A DNA stretch of 64,000 nt, taken from positions 4,653,241 to 4,717,240 of the forward strand of contig OZ316899.1 in the NCBI GenBank assembly GCA_973895155.1, in the 5' to 3' direction. The notes below the pieces were generated by a model. That model did no database searches. It was not told the origin of the DNA and saw only the letters and a list, made by a program, of their open reading frames with translations. This document shows, in pieces, positions 22,801 through 35,500 of this stretch (its first letter is position 1; each line of letters starts with the position of its first letter). A program made the translations under genes and the position numbers. The stretch is from Marsupella aquatica (lineage: Eukaryota > Plantae > Marchantiophyta).

Positions 22801-23970
22801 AGGACCACTCACGGGGCACAAGTCCGGGCACCGAGAGCGAAGAAGAAGAGGAGGATTAGATAGGCGTACGGACGTGGGTGTACGGCCTCCAGATTTCCAA
22901 CATTTTAGTGGGGGGTCACTCATGGGCTTGTTGGGATGAGCTCGCGGAGCTGATTCCAACAAGAGGCGGCGCTCCTCAAACGGAGCCAGGATGAGCAAGT
23001 TATGGCCTGGAGAACTTATGTTTTTGCGGTACGGAAACGGCCATAACTCAGGCGTCTGAAGTCCGTTGAGGGAGCGACTTAGTGATTCGGAAGCAGGAAA
23101 AGAAGAGCTATCCAGGGGTGAGCTCAGGTGTGCACTTGGAAGGGCACCTAGTTTCGGCCATTTTGGGGTGCCTCTCACTTTCAGGGTTCACGTGTACTGT
23201 TGGGGCGCCGTCGAAGGCACCGTCGGCCCCCTTGTTTTGGGTTTAGGGTTTTAGCAGCATGTGTGTGCCGCATGCTCCTCTTCAGTTTAAGGATTTCTCT
23301 TAGTGCAAGGTTTTAGCGGCGCCGCTAGGGTAGCCGCCACCGTTGTGACCCTGTGAGGGGTGCTTTGGTGTGATTTTTCAGTATTTAGGGGGATAGCCCC
23401 GAAGTAGTTAGGGGGACTCAGTGTGAAGTTAGCAAGGAGGGATAGAGTGGAGCCTGAGGAGTTTGAAAGCGTGTTCAGAGTAGTGAGGGGGAGCCATACT
23501 CATTGTCCGGAGAGGCAGGAGTTGAGTAGACGGCAGGAGGCCGGGTTACTCATGCAATGTGTATCGTTTTTCCCAAGAGATATGGATCTGTACATTTGAC
23601 TTGATGGGCTTTTGTTGTGTGTTCCTTCTCCCTTTTTCGCTTTCCGAATTGTGTTCTCCCGTTCTATGATTTGAAGAAACTTGCTTGGTTTGAGTCGGCC
23701 TTGTGAGTAGGGGTGGTGACAGCACTCTTTGGGTGACTCCGAGTGAAGGTGTAGTGGGGTAGTCGGCAGGACTTGATCAAAAGCTGTGGGGTGAGGGTAG
23801 TCGGTAGACTTGATCAAAACCTACATTTCCGGGAGCGGAAACCAAAATACTCATCCTGGTGTGAAAAGAATCCAAATAGCGTCCCTCCACGACCCCGTAA
23901 TACGATACCAACGGTTTAAGCGAAGAAAAGTGCGGTTTGCACGTATTAACCGTTGGAGAGGCAAGTGACA
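19845..23970 (+). repeat. 3' LTR of A (4126 bp)
   Basis: Direct repeat of 9103-13226; followed by TSD CCCAA. Confidence 0.97.
21003..22859 (+). CDS. Second copy of LTR-encoded 618-aa protein of A
   Basis: Identical to 10259-12115 except one T/I change (GLTEF vs GLIEF). Confidence 0.85.
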   Translation: MLDQPEFSASRIRRYKAAYRDYVETRITREREEREVMMSTGLAAGSSPVGRKIFRRIYPKTSTKVMEDCRNIFQATGLIEFMKVEITIPSGKSWDIEAGMEFRTEGIYFECLKRVVPHVELAKLLFLENQKFSFTPRNIRGELTLKMVATWVTNPTSTTAIPLSAVKDVEYKGFLAKVHQRVLGNVQSGVLNEEHFVVAMDIKNYPAHVYGWWCYGLKKLLAAEPGSVKPGGAVHLMGSFVLARAEGLIGSPGHEDTGSSLTTEIRSIATTVLGKLTEESLSAGGEDNREEENQEDDCTLEWLESLVGDPKQPLEYNIPDVYLAELRDFREGVHEGLKLVHALRESLKHATVKVETLEQSILSLKEVIKTKEQTIHEKVRHINAAHVEITNLKGALSTKAKEAEEVGALRQALAKEKQNSGEVMEWRNQVGALRSQVAAFETRAKRSEALSLGKRKSPGTPGSTLSPDVISQAIEMVVKEVSGKYGPLLDGAKKSQEKSKSLEKKLREVRKSLREAQVSTGMPPRSVTPGTPMATGQVLPLELRSGEEATLWKDTIGEGYIKAWQALAALRKRGSSSTKSTPSKKKKSTVALTPVSDEEEDHSRGTSPGTESEEEEED

Positions 23971-24309
23971 CCCAACGAGCTTAGTCGTATACCCTCCCCT
24001 TGGTACTCCGGTACTTCACTGAGTTTGGGACTCCCCGTACGTACTGCAAATGGCCAACTTTTGAGTCTAAAATCCCCCTCTAACCTATACTGGGGGGGCC
24101 GCTAAATACTAAGGGCTGAGGACCGGCCTGGCCTCATGCCCAAATCTACGCTAACTTATATCCTTGCTAAGTTGGTGCTTGCTTGTCCTATTAGTCTAAC
24201 CTATTCTACACAGGCTGGCTAATGTGTCAGCGCCGCTATCTTCTGGCCGGCACTTGTCCTACCAGCCTGTTTTAGCTACTCCTAAGTCTATTCTAAGCCT
24301 AACCCTCCG

Positions 24310-26922
24310 CTAATGTCTAGTGCGCTTGCCAGAGCCGTCCAAGTGGGAGCGGCCATCCCGCTGCCTACGAAGTCTGTCGTTGTCCACCTTGAGGAGCTGG
24401 ACTTGGTCCAGCAGAGATTTGTTTTCTCGCTTTGCCGCGTCCGTCTCCTCAGTTGCCTCTTGGCATGCCTCTTCCAGTTGTTAGGCGTTGCTCGTCAGCT
24501 TGTCCACCATCTGGGTCTGTTTCTCGGCTTTGGCTTGAAGCCGTGCCACTTTGGCCTGCAGGGTGGCAATCTTCGTAGTGTCACACTGGGCCCGTTCTTC
24601 GGCCTCCTCTAGGGCTTTCTGCCAAATGATAATTTGGTTCTTCAAACTGTCAACCTGGGTCCGGAACCGTGCAATCTCGGCCTCCTTCTCGGCTTTGGCC
24701 TGTTCGGCTAAGGCGGTAAGGGCATGCGCATTTGCTAACAACTCATCGGTGACTGCAACCTTGGGTCGTAGTTGCAGAAGCTCAGCCTCTTGAGCTGCAA
24801 CTTCATCCTTTAGGTACACGCACTCAACCCAGTACCGCTCTATCCGCTGAAGGGCCTCCGACTGAGCCCGACCTACTTTTACTGCGGTAACCAACTCCTG
24901 ATTGAAGAAGAAGGCTACCTTCCAAGCCATGAACTCCCCGGTATCCCGGACTATCTGTTGGGAGAAATCTCCCAAAAGCCCATTTAGAAATGTACCCGGT
25001 ACAAAGAGTTCCGGGTGGTCCAGGTTATGCCCGTCTGGAGTTGGGCACGGGCAGACGTTAACTCGCGTGGGAGCCGGGGTAGTGACATCCAGCCCTGGGG
25101 ATGTAGTGTTGGAAGGGGTTGGAGTGTCCTTCTCCACCATCGGGCCATCCTCTAGAATAGCCACTCATGGGTCTTCTGGACCCTCGGGCTCGGGCAAGGC
25201 CTCCACCGCCCCAGCTTCTGCACCAGGCCCGGCCTGGTTGATCGCAGCTAAGGTTGCGATCACTGCCTCTTCCGGTACTTCTTCAGCCACGGCTACCGCT
25301 ACCTGTGGAGGTTGGATGGGTGAGGCTTGCATCGCCGCCGGACTTCAGGCCTCGGGTTGAGGCCGTCTCTCCAAGGCCGGGAAGATCCACTTAGTCGGGA
25401 CCAACTTAGTTACGTTGACCCGGGGAAGGGTTCGTCGATCAAACCGGGCGTACCACTTGACAATGATCTCGATGTGGCTCGCGGAATACGCCTTCTTGCC
25501 GATGTATAGTGACTTCCTTTGCCGCTCCATCTTTTCATGGAACTTCTTAGCAAAGTACGAAGCCCACTTCCTAGGTTGATAGTTCTCGACCTGCATAACC
25601 TGGGCAGCGGAGATCTCGCCCCGGGGTTCCATCATGTGGAGGGCATACCTCTCGAACTCCAACCGCTCAGCTATCTCGGGGATGAGGCAGGTCCTCATCA
25701 CAAACTCGTTGTCCACTCACCCCTTGGAGGGAAAACTTGAGGATTGGTACTTGGCTCCCTTGCCCCCGGGAGCCCGTGATTTGACTCGGTGATCGCCCTT
25801 GCGTAGCCCAAAGATCATCCTGAGCCGCTCCTCTGTGAGGGACATATTCCTCCCCCGCAGCCGAGTATGCTAACGAACATCATCATAATTCTTGACAAAC
25901 TCCATCATGTCCTCCCCGTAGTATCTGTAGGTGTTTTAGGGGAGGGAGGCGAGGTGCTCAAACCCCTGAGTCTTCAAGTACACCGCATGTTTGGGGTGGA
26001 GGATGTTCTTATGCACGTTTTCCCCCATGTGGTGCATTGTTACCTTGGCTGCGGCTACCGTGGCCATGGGTAGTCCGGATATAGGTGCAGGTTCCTTCCT
26101 CTTCTTTCCCCGAGACTGGCTTGGGGAGGGTGACACCTCCCCATCCTCTCGATCGGGTGTAGGTAGTGCCACCGCCGTTAGTATTGGGGCCGGGGCGGCT
26201 ACGGTCACCGTGTTGTCCGCTGGAGCCGATACTCTGGTCCGGGCCTGGGGAAGGGGCGATGTAGTGTCGGCTCCCTGGGTACTTGCTCCTCTAGGCCGCC
26301 TGAGTAGGGGTAAGGTAGCCTCTTGGTCGTCGCTGAGGTCCACAGCGTTGATGACGGATCTCACCTATAGGGGCGGGGCGACTGGTGGTTGGGGTTGGCT
26401 AAGCTGAGGCGGAGCCTGAGCTGGTGCTGGTGCGGGCATGGCTGGGCTGGCACCAGTGGTCGATGGTGTGGTTGCCATGAAATTTTGTAGGTGCCGATAG
26501 AGGTTTTCTGACGCAAGTATAGACGCCCTTGTAGATCGAGTAGCGTTGGACTCGCTGTTGATGATGTTCCGGACCCAAGCGGGGATGTGGTCAAAATGGT
26601 GCTCCTATAAGTCGATCGTGCTTGGGATATTGAAGACCTTGTCCGAGAGCCGAAGCAATGCCTCCTAGAAGCCGATATATTTGCCTCCGTCGAAGAAGTA
26701 CCCTGATATTTCTTTGGGTCAGTAAAGCTCGCTCTGGGATGGGTAATCAAAGTTAAGGAGATAGTGATGGCGGCCTGCTAGGCGGATGGCTCTCTTGTAC
26801 TTGCATTTGATCTTGTATCGTCGTGGGTTGGCGTGTTTCAACAAGTCGGCCAAGTGCCCTCCGATAGACAGGAACTGCGTCCAAAATTGTATGGCCAAAC
26901 TGGAAAGGATCGTGTGCGACAT
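24310..26922 (-). pseudogene. LTR-encoded ~870-codon ORF of B (PMD-like + coiled coil), broken by in-frame stops
   Basis: ORF fragments starting at 26922, 26364, 25716 and 25164 share one frame. Read-through gives MMEFVKNYDDVR*HTRLRGRNMSLTEERLRMIFGLRKG..SFP..TCLIPEIAERLEF..HMMEPRGEISAAQV, homologous to the C ORF. TATA-like TATAAAA on the minus strand at ~27021-27027. Confidence 0.8.
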
Positions 26923-27362
26923 TCAGAGGAGATGGAAGGCGACTAAGGATAAGCAAGAGAACTGGAGTCGGAGCTAGCGCGTGGGCTGAAGAACTGGTGC
27001 ATTGCAAAGGATCGGCCCCCTTTTATACCCTGAGAGCTCGTCAATCGCTCATCGCCTCCTCATTGCTTATAGGCCGAGCCTTTCATGCTTGTAGTGTACC
27101 GGCCACTCCGCCAGTCCGAGTCAGCGCGTGTCAGTGGCCGCCTCCCAAAATTTGTTATACGGACCCGAGGGGAAAGAGTGGAGGGCCCATTACACGCTCG
27201 CAACCCGGGCGTGTGAATGGTGACCCGCCGCCAGCCCGAACACGAACGCCCCTTATTGACTAATGATTTCTTACTCATAATGGCTACCTAAATACTATCA
27301 TTATGCTAATAATTACGGCCTAAGATACCCCTAACGCACGTGCAAAGCGTTGTTAGGCCGAA

Positions 27363-27894
27363 TCACTCATTACCCACCATACCGGCGGTGTCACATAGCT
27401 CCCTGCTTAATTGTGAAGCGTCCTTGCGAACATCACTATCGGCGTCGTCGTCTTGATGGTGGTACTTCTTCACACGATCGTAATTGACTCGCGTGGGGAG
27501 TAAATGGCCGGCGTACGTTGCAAGTTCCAAAGATCCGTTAGGGTAGATTTGATTGACTAGGAAAGGCCCTAACCAACGGGAATGAAGCTTCCCCGGAAAT
27601 TTCATGTACCTACTATTGTACAGCAGGACTAGATTGCCCGTCACGACGTCGATCTTCCGTAGTCCTTTGTCGTGCTGCTTCTTGGAAGCTGCCTACTGTT
27701 TCATGGTGTGTCGAGCTGCCAGTAGCCGTGCCTCTTCTAAGGCTTCAATCTGATAAGCTTGGTCTGACAAACTTTTGGGTTTGGGTAAGCAATCCCGAAT
27801 GCTGACTCGTGGAGTGTGTACTTTGAACTCAATGGGGACCAACGAATGTTGGCCAAACACAAGAAAGTACGGGTTGTGACTCGTAGTAGTCTTG
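27363..27894 (-). pseudogene. Integrase C-terminus of B (downstream of C insertion)
   Basis: VLLYNSRYMKFPGKLHSRWLGPF...ASQLSRELCD, running into the LTR. Confidence 0.92.
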
Positions 27895-30800
27895 TGTGGT
27901 GCGTCCCATGGCTCCCTAAACCCAAGAAACCCCCCAGCTCAAGCCGATTCCCGCAGGTTTCACGCTTGGCGAGGCCGTTTCCGCGGCTTAGCGGCATGGG
28001 ACGCTGCTAACCTTCTACTATTACTATTAACATTTTACACACATATACTGGATAGATCCTTCATCGGGTCATGAGATACGTAGCCGGCCTAATCTAGGCC
28101 TTCCCTCGTCTTCCCCTCCGTCTTGTTAGGTATGTTTGGATTCCGCCGCCGGAATGATCCCCAATAGGCTTGGTTAAGCCGCTAAGACCTCTCTCAGCTC
28201 GACACATCCAACTCTCACCCCCCTGCTTACTTTCCTTCCTTCTGGTTGATGTGGGCACTCTTCACACAAGTTAATGCGACACACAAATAGCAAAATGACT
28301 CATTCTGACTGAGTCATACCATGCACTTGCCATACAAACAGTACATCTCATACACAAGCTCTGCGAACTAAGCCGTGAGGCCAACTCTATTCAGCTCTTA
28401 GGCATGAGGAAACATGAATATACACAAGGGTCACTGTATGACTAACCGAGAGCTTCTCTTACTACTTGATCCCAGCCCGGCTGGTGCAAACTAAAAACTT
28501 GCTAAAGAAGAGGCCCTGAGCTCCCCGCTGCCCAGGTACTTATCCTGGTAGTGGATCCGCCTAATTCTTTGCAGCGTAAGCCTAATCTACCTAACAGTAA
28601 TCTACTTGCCCGGATCTACCTATGTACAGCAAGGCAGGAGCACAAGTGTTGCTCCTACCAGTGGAACCGCAATCCCACTAAGCTAAGTGTCAGGGCCGCT
28701 CCTGGTCCTGATTCTAATCCTAAACTTGGAGATCAGCGCCCGCCCTGCCCACTCACGCCTCCTCCCTCCACGTCCGCCCTTCCTAAAAGGAACGACACCC
28801 TTGCACCGTCACGACACCGGTGGTGGATCCTCAATGGACGCCCCCAACGCTTCCTCCTCAGCCACTGCCGTAGGTTCGTTTTCTGACAGATTACCTACCC
28901 TTGACTGAGTCAACTATCCATCGGCCTGACTGGGTCCACCATCGGCGTCGGCATCGGCTCGGGAATCATTCTCGGCTACGGCCTCAGCCTCGACTATGGT
29001 CTCCCCGGCCTGCTCAAGAGGTGGATCTGGGATACCGGCCTCATTACTGAGTAGTTCGGCTTGGGCCGCACCACCCCCACCTATGATGATAGCGGGATCT
29101 ATTGCCGTATTCATGCTGGAGGATGGTGCTGGGTCTACCTCCTTGGTCACCACGGCTTGTGGAGTCGGATTACTCCTTGACCCTGAAGGTTTCCGCTTCT
29201 TCTTCTTTTCTGGTTCGGCAGCTAGTCCCTTCCCCTTCCCACTTACTTCCGGCACTGGTGCAGGTGGCGCGGCTTTTTCTTCTTCCAGTACCACTCCTGG
29301 TAACTTGGTTGCCCCAATTGGAGTTGGGCCTGATGAAGACAAGCACTTAAATACTGCGGCTTGTTTCTTCAGCCGCTCCGTTTGGTTGTCGGCCCGCCGT
29401 TGGAGGTTCTCCATCTTCCTCGTGATTTCCTCCAACTCCTTCTGGGTCTCATCCAGGTCCTTGCGCGCCTCCTCTAGTTCCTTCTGGGCTTCCTCCCGTT
29501 CTTTTTTCAAGGTAGTCCTCTCCTCCCGGGTTGCTCTTAGCTCCTTGTCGAGCTCTGCAATGATGACAGACTCCATCTGGTTCATCTTGGCGTAAGTCTG
29601 ATCGAGCATCTCGTCCTTCTCCCTTAGGTCGGCCTTGAAGCTGGCCGTCAGGGATGCAAGCTCCTGTTGCAGCGCCATAATCCCTTGATAGGATTTTCCT
29701 AACTCGACCTCCTTCTGCTCAAGGGCTCTGCGAATTTTCTCGAGCTCCCCCTTCAACGCCCATTCCTTTCTTTGGGTCTCCGCCATGGCCCGGCTGTTGG
29801 CTGTTATGTGGGCCTCCTCTGTATTCCTCAGCTCTCGCTTCCACTTCTCCCTCTCTTTGATCGTATCGGCCAACTCTCCCTGCGTCTGAGTCAGTTTATC
29901 CTTGATATTCTGATTATCAGCCTGCGCGGTGTCCAACTGCCCCTGCATGATGTTCAGCTCATGCCGTTTAATCCGCAGTTCATCTTGGGCTTTCTTGGCC
30001 GCCCTTAGATCTTCAATCTCGGCTTCCATCCTCCTAAGCCGCCGAATGACCTCGTCCTTCTTGCTTCTCTCTAAAGCCACCACTTCTTCTAATTGGTGCT
30101 TCTCCAACTGCTCCCTATGGAAAAAGGGTCCTACCTCCAACTCCTCTCCAAAGATGCCGAGCGCAAGTTCCCCACACATCTCACCATACTCCATGGCTCT
30201 ATTCTTAGCGTAGGTGGAGTAAGTAGAAGTGATCGGCATCGCCCATCGCGGCCTCTGCTCCCAAGCCGTCTTGCGGATCTCTTCAATCGTGGCTAGAGGT
30301 TTTCTTCCTTTTTCGGCTAGCCGCCTGATGTCCTCCGGCCAATCTCCTCCTGGTAAATCCTTTTCCCTAGCCAGGGCTGCCTCCTCTTCCTGCCTGATTC
30401 GCTCCTGAAATTCTTGCGCCGTCTATTTTATGCCGTCAAAGCTCGGGGGAGCAACATCTGGTGGGGGAGACTCAGGGCTACTCTGCTGGTTGGGGTCCCC
30501 TCGTACTACCCTTGGAAGTGTGGGGACAAACCGGCCACAGGTCCTTACTCCTGGAACGTGATGGTCCGACCCATAGCCGGAGTTATCATGGCTGCAGTCC
30601 TCCACTGCCTCCTCTATTTCTTGGACGTTCGGCTTCTCCCTCTCCTCTTCGTTGGTAGGAGCTTCAGGCAATTCTGCCTCAGTTTCAGAGCTTGAGACTC
30701 CCACATACATTCGAACACCTGGCTTGGATTCCGGCCTGATTCTCTCCTCGTCTCCAGCAAAGGGGTTTTCTCTTGTGAGCCGGTGTAGGCCTACCTCTGG

Positions 30801-32565
30801 AGTAGTGTCCTACATTGTTGTCGTTGCCGTTGTCGTTGCCGGTGCCGATCTCTTTTCTTTCTCCAGTAGTTTCAGCAGACTCTGCATGCCTGGTTGCTGC
30901 ATCGGCAAGTCCTCCTTCCTGGGCCTAAACACCTGCTCGATCGTAGGGCTAACAGGTGGTTGAGGCTTCTCTGCTACTGGCCTCGGTTCTGGAGCTTCCT
31001 CGGGTGCCCTTACCTGCAGGGGAAGTACTGGGGCAAAAGTCTGACCTCTGGCATACCGGCACAACAGCGGCATGTGATAGCCAAGCCGCGACACGCTCCC
31101 CATGCCGATTACCTGTTGCTCCTCCTTTAAGATCTTCTTCAATTGGTTGAGGAGGTACCCGTTGTAGTCCCGGCTTGGGTCTGGCCTCTCTGCCAGATAG
31201 ACCTGTGCCTTGCCGATCTCCGCCCTCGGCAAGTTACAATGCATGGTCACCCGCAAGAAGTCGATCATCTCTCCTATGTGCGGGTTGGTGCAGGTGTTCC
31301 CGAAGAAGCCATTCTTCGTTGATGGCCCGGGGAACGACCGGAACTCCTTGTCAGGCAAGGTCTTCCTGGTATCAACTTTGGTCTTATTGCCTATCGGCAA
31401 GCCAAACACTTTGGCAATCACTTTGGGAGTAAGATAGAAATCCTTCCCATATATCCTCGTGCAATTGGTCTCAGGTTCCCATGACCCCACGAATTCTAAT
31501 AGGTCTGACTCCGGTACCTCCGGCTTCAGCCATGGTAATCTTACAAAGGCCTCTAAGCCGGATCCGGCCATGAAGCCTTGGTACTTCTTGGTCTGCATGG
31601 CCGTAAAGCATGCATCCTCCTCCCGTGCAAAATGTAGTTGCACCTCTACCGGTAGGGTTGCCGCCCAGCCCTTCCAGGTGTCATCCCTGGTTGGAATGGC
31701 CTTGATGGGATCGACCTCCTCCTCTTCGGCTTCTCCCTGCCTCCTGCTCTGCTGCTCGGCTGGCTTCTTTGGTACCGCCGACCTCGTTCTTTTTGCCGGG
31801 GTGGCTTCATTGTTGACGGCTCCCTTCCTCTTCATCTCTGCTGCCGTGGAGGTTTCTCCTAGCACTGTTGCCTGGGTCCACCTTTCCGTGCTACCCTTCA
31901 ATTCCCAGTGTATGTCGTTGCAGTTCTTGATGGCCTCTCGGATGCCGACGACGCTGTCTTTGCAAAACAGAAGATCGTCGAGCTGATTGGAAGTAGGAGT
32001 CCACAAGAACTCGTCTTTGATGAGTTCGCCTCCTAAGAAAGCCGTCTTCTGCAGCTCCCACAATCGAGCGAGCTCCTGCCATTCTCGAGCTGCCCTTTCT
32101 GATTCCTCATCCTCGTAAGTCTTGATGTACTCAGTTGCCCGTTCGAACAGGCATCCCCAGAAATGTGCCGCTTGATTGACGTTGCTCATACCCTCCTTAG
32201 GTCGATCGTCGGTATCTACTCTCTCCCCGAGTGCTTGCCTAAGCAGCTGACAGTAGTTGACCTCCCGTAGTCGTCTGCCTAGTTCGTGCTCGCAAATGAG
32301 CCACCATCTCCTGCAAGCGCTCCTTACCCCTCTCCTCTTCAGGTCCTTCCTCCCGTTGATCCTTCCTAGCCGCCGATGCTTAACGCGCCCTAACCCTAAT
32401 CGAGTTTTCACCCCCAGCGTCCTTACCTCCGGCCTCGGCCCGGGTTCCATGGTTGCCCCTAATTGTTTATATTTTCCTTGTTTTGTCCCTATACTAAGGT
32501 GTTTCTAGGGTGCCTTCCTGCTTTACCCACTTAACTGGCCGAGTGATTCCTGTCTAGGCATCACA
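27895..32565 (-). repeat. 3' LTR of C (4671 bp)
   Basis: Repeat of 38781-44334, roughly 1-2% diverged by eye and mostly transitions; preceded on the minus strand by PPT AAGTGGGGAGCTA. Confidence 0.96.
28914..32450 (-). pseudogene. LTR-encoded ~1178-aa protein of C (PMD-like domain + long coiled coil), 3' LTR copy with two CAG>TAG stops
   Basis: ORFs 30810-32450, 30423-30710 and 28914-30239 are in one frame; the stops are read through in the other LTR. Motif LLEFVGSWEPETNCTRIYGKDFYLTPKVIAKVFGLPIG resembles the plant mobile domain (W.PET...T...V....GLP..G). Confidence 0.88.
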
Positions 32566-35500
32566 TAGCTCCCCACTTAATTGTGAAGCGTCCTCGCGAA
32601 CAACTTCATCTTCGTCCATATAGTATTTCTTGAGGCGGTCATAATGGATGCGAACTGGATACACCTCTCCCGTAATGTTGGCCAATTGTACGGAGCCATT
32701 GGAGAACTTCATGGTTACTCTAAAGGGTCCTAACCAGCGAGTGTAAAGCTTTCCTGGAAACCTACTATACCTACTGTCATAAAGTAGCACAAGATCACCG
32801 GTGTGAATACTAACTACTTTCAACCTTTTATCATACTGCTGCTTCATGATATTCTGTCTATATTCTACTCTCTCGGCTGAAATCATTCTCGCCTCCTCTA
32901 AAGCTTCTAACCTATATTCTCGCTCCTTTAGGCTCTCCTCCGCTGAGGCTCTTTCCTCAATTGTAACTTGAAATGTCGGTATCTCAAGTTGCATGGGTAC
33001 CAGGGCTTCTTGTCCAAAGGTTAAGAAGAAGGGTGTATGACCGGTAGTGGATTTATAGGCTAGATTGTAAGCAAAAACAGCAGCAAACAATTTATCATCC
33101 CAATCGAGTTTGTTCTGAGCTACTGTCTTGTTCAATATCTTTCCTATAATTCCGTTTGCTCGTTCTGTCAACCCATTTGCCTTTGGGTGGTAGGGAGTAG
33201 TAGGCCTATGCCTAACTAAATACTGCTCATTTAAACGACTAATTATATCATTCAGAAAATGGGTTCCTCTATCACTAACTAATTCTAGGGGTGCTCCATA
33301 CCTGGTGAAGATCTGCTCATACATGAATCTAGCCGTAGTAATTGCATCATCCTTCGTTGTCGGTCTGGCCTCTACCCATTTAGTTGCATAATCCGTAGCC
33401 AGGATTATGTACTTGTTCCGTCGAGGGTGGGTCAGTGGTTTCAGAGGTCCGATGTAATCAATACCCCACTTCTTGAATGGTGCCAGAGGTAGAATAGGGT
33501 GTAGTGGATGTCTGGTGGACGCCCTTGGTCCTCCCGCTCGTTGACAAGGATCGCATTGTTTGATAAATTGATAGACATCCTTGTGCAAGGTGGGCCACCA
33601 GTAACCGGCATTTTAATATCTTCTTAGACGTGGTTACTGGGGCAAAATGTCCTCCGGCCTCTTCTCCATGCATGGCCCGTAGGACTCGTTTTACCTCTCC
33701 CTTTTCCAAACACCTTTGAATCGTGCCGTTGATTCCATGCTTGTGCAGTATGCCTTTAATGCACTGATACTGTCTGACCTTCCGCACAAAGACTGCGGCT
33801 TGCTCTCGGCTTAATCTTGGCTATAATCTGGAAGTGCTGAGAAAATGTAAAATCTCAGGGTACCATGTATCAGCTATTTCCACAACGAATAGCTCCTCGT
33901 CGGGGAATCGATCATCGATGCAATCCGTGGCAGGTTCACCTGTGATCCTTGAAAAGAAGTCGGCATTGGCGTGTAACTTTCCCGGCTTGATCCTCAGCTC
34001 ATAGTCAAACTCCTGTAATAGCAAAATCCATCTTGCTACTCTGCCTGTAAGGTCCGGCTTATTGACTAGGTACTTCAAACTTTCATGATCGGTATGAAAG
34101 ATTACCTTGTACCCTAGTAAATAATGCCTAAACTTTTTACAAGAATAAATGACTCCTAATGCTTCTCTCTCTGTGGTGGAGTAGTTCCGTTCGACATCGG
34201 CAAGCTGACGGCTTGCGAAGTATATGGGATGGTCCCTTCCTTTCTCATCCAACTGACTTAGTACTGAGCCGATACAGAAGCCCGAGACATCTACAAAAAC
34301 ATGAAAATCTTTGTTCCAGTCCGGTGCTATCATGACTGGGGCCTCTACTAACATCTGTTTCAGTTCTACCACCGCTGTGACTCATTCGGGTCTGGGTTCA
34401 AAGTCTGCTCCTGCCTTGAGCATGTTGGTTAATGGTAAAGCTAGCTTGGCAAAATCCTTGATGAACCGGCGATAGTAACCAATGCATCCCAAGAAGGATC
34501 TTACATCCTTTATGTTCTTAGGTTGCATGATATCTAGCCATACTGCTAGCTTACCTTTGTCAATCTCAATGCCCTTCCTTGATACCTTGTGACCTAGTAG
34601 CACCCCCTCGGTTACTGCAAAGAAACATTTATCTGGGTGTAACTTGAGACCCACCTCTCTACATCTCATGAAGGTTTTCCTGAGGTATTTAGCATGTTTC
34701 GATGCCTTCCCGAATACTGCAAAGTCATCAATGAAGATTTCCATGAACTTTCTCAAGTAATCATGAAAAATGTTCACCATTAATCGTTGAAACATAGCTG
34801 GTGCGTTGCAGAGTCCAAACGGCATACGATTGAAGACATAGATCCCCCATTCCGTGATGAAGGCCGTCTTGATTTGGTCTTCCTGTCGAATCCTGATTTG
34901 GTTATAACCAGAGTACCCATCCATGAATGAATATAGTTCATGATTGGCTACCATGTCTAGTACCATATCAGTAAACGGTAAAGGAAAATGGTCTTTTAAT
35001 GTTGCTTCATTCAGCTTCCTGTAATCCTGACAAACCCGGATCTTGGGTTTACCATCGGGTCCAGCTTTCTTGGGAACTATCACAATTGGAGATACCCAGT
35101 CTGAATGTAGGACTGGAGTGATGAATCCAGCTTCCACTAGTTTGTCGATTTCCGTTTTGACTAGCAGGGAATACTTCGGGTTCATCCTTCGAATTGGTTG
35201 TCGAAATGATTTGGCTCCTAACATGAGATCAATTCGATGTTCCCCTAGTGTTGGATCTACTCCCTTTAGATCTTGGTGACTCCATGCAAACACATCCTGA
35301 AATTCAATCAATAAGTCACTGATCTCTTTCTTGAGCTCAGGTGCTAGGTTTCTCCCTAAGTTCAATTCTCTTCCCTCTGCTAAGTCGAGCTTCCGATATT
35401 GCCGTGCTTGGATCATATTAATCTGCTTCTTCAAATTCGGGTCCAATTCGGCTTCCAGTCTCTCCAATCTCATACCTTCATAAACTGGAATCTCGGCTGG

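Larger units (their letters stand above)
9103..23970 (+). mobile_element. Ty3/gypsy (non-chromovirus, Athila/Selgy/Phygy-like) LTR retrotransposon A, full length and apparently intact
   Basis: TSD CCCAA (9098-9102, 23971-23975); near-identical 4.1 kb LTRs; PBS; PPT; uninterrupted gag-pol; no chromodomain and no extra archaeal-type RNaseH seen. Confidence 0.97.
8556..27395 (-). repeat. 3' LTR of B (~3967 bp after removing A)
   Basis: Begins right after PPT-like AAGCAGGGAGCTA (minus strand, 27396-27408) and ends at the TSD at 8555; interrupted at CCCAA by A. Confidence 0.88.

Noticed and set aside
9103-23970. 4.1-kb duplication as a segmental duplication or assembly artefact carrying a host gene
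   Set aside because: TG..CA ends, 5-bp TSD, PBS and PPT define the repeats as LTRs.
28295-28317. Inverted TGACTCA pair (AP-1/GCN4-like) in the C LTR
   Set aside because: Single short instance with no independent support for function.
28914-30239. Coiled-coil ORF as host myosin/SMC, or as a retroviral envelope
   Set aside because: It is the C-terminal part of the LTR ORF, with no motor or ATPase motifs and no evident signal peptide or transmembrane segment.
28996-31986. Plus-strand ORFs (199 aa, 175 aa etc.) and the many short antisense ORFs over gag-pol
   Set aside because: Shadow frames of real coding sequence, with Ser/Phe-rich antisense composition.
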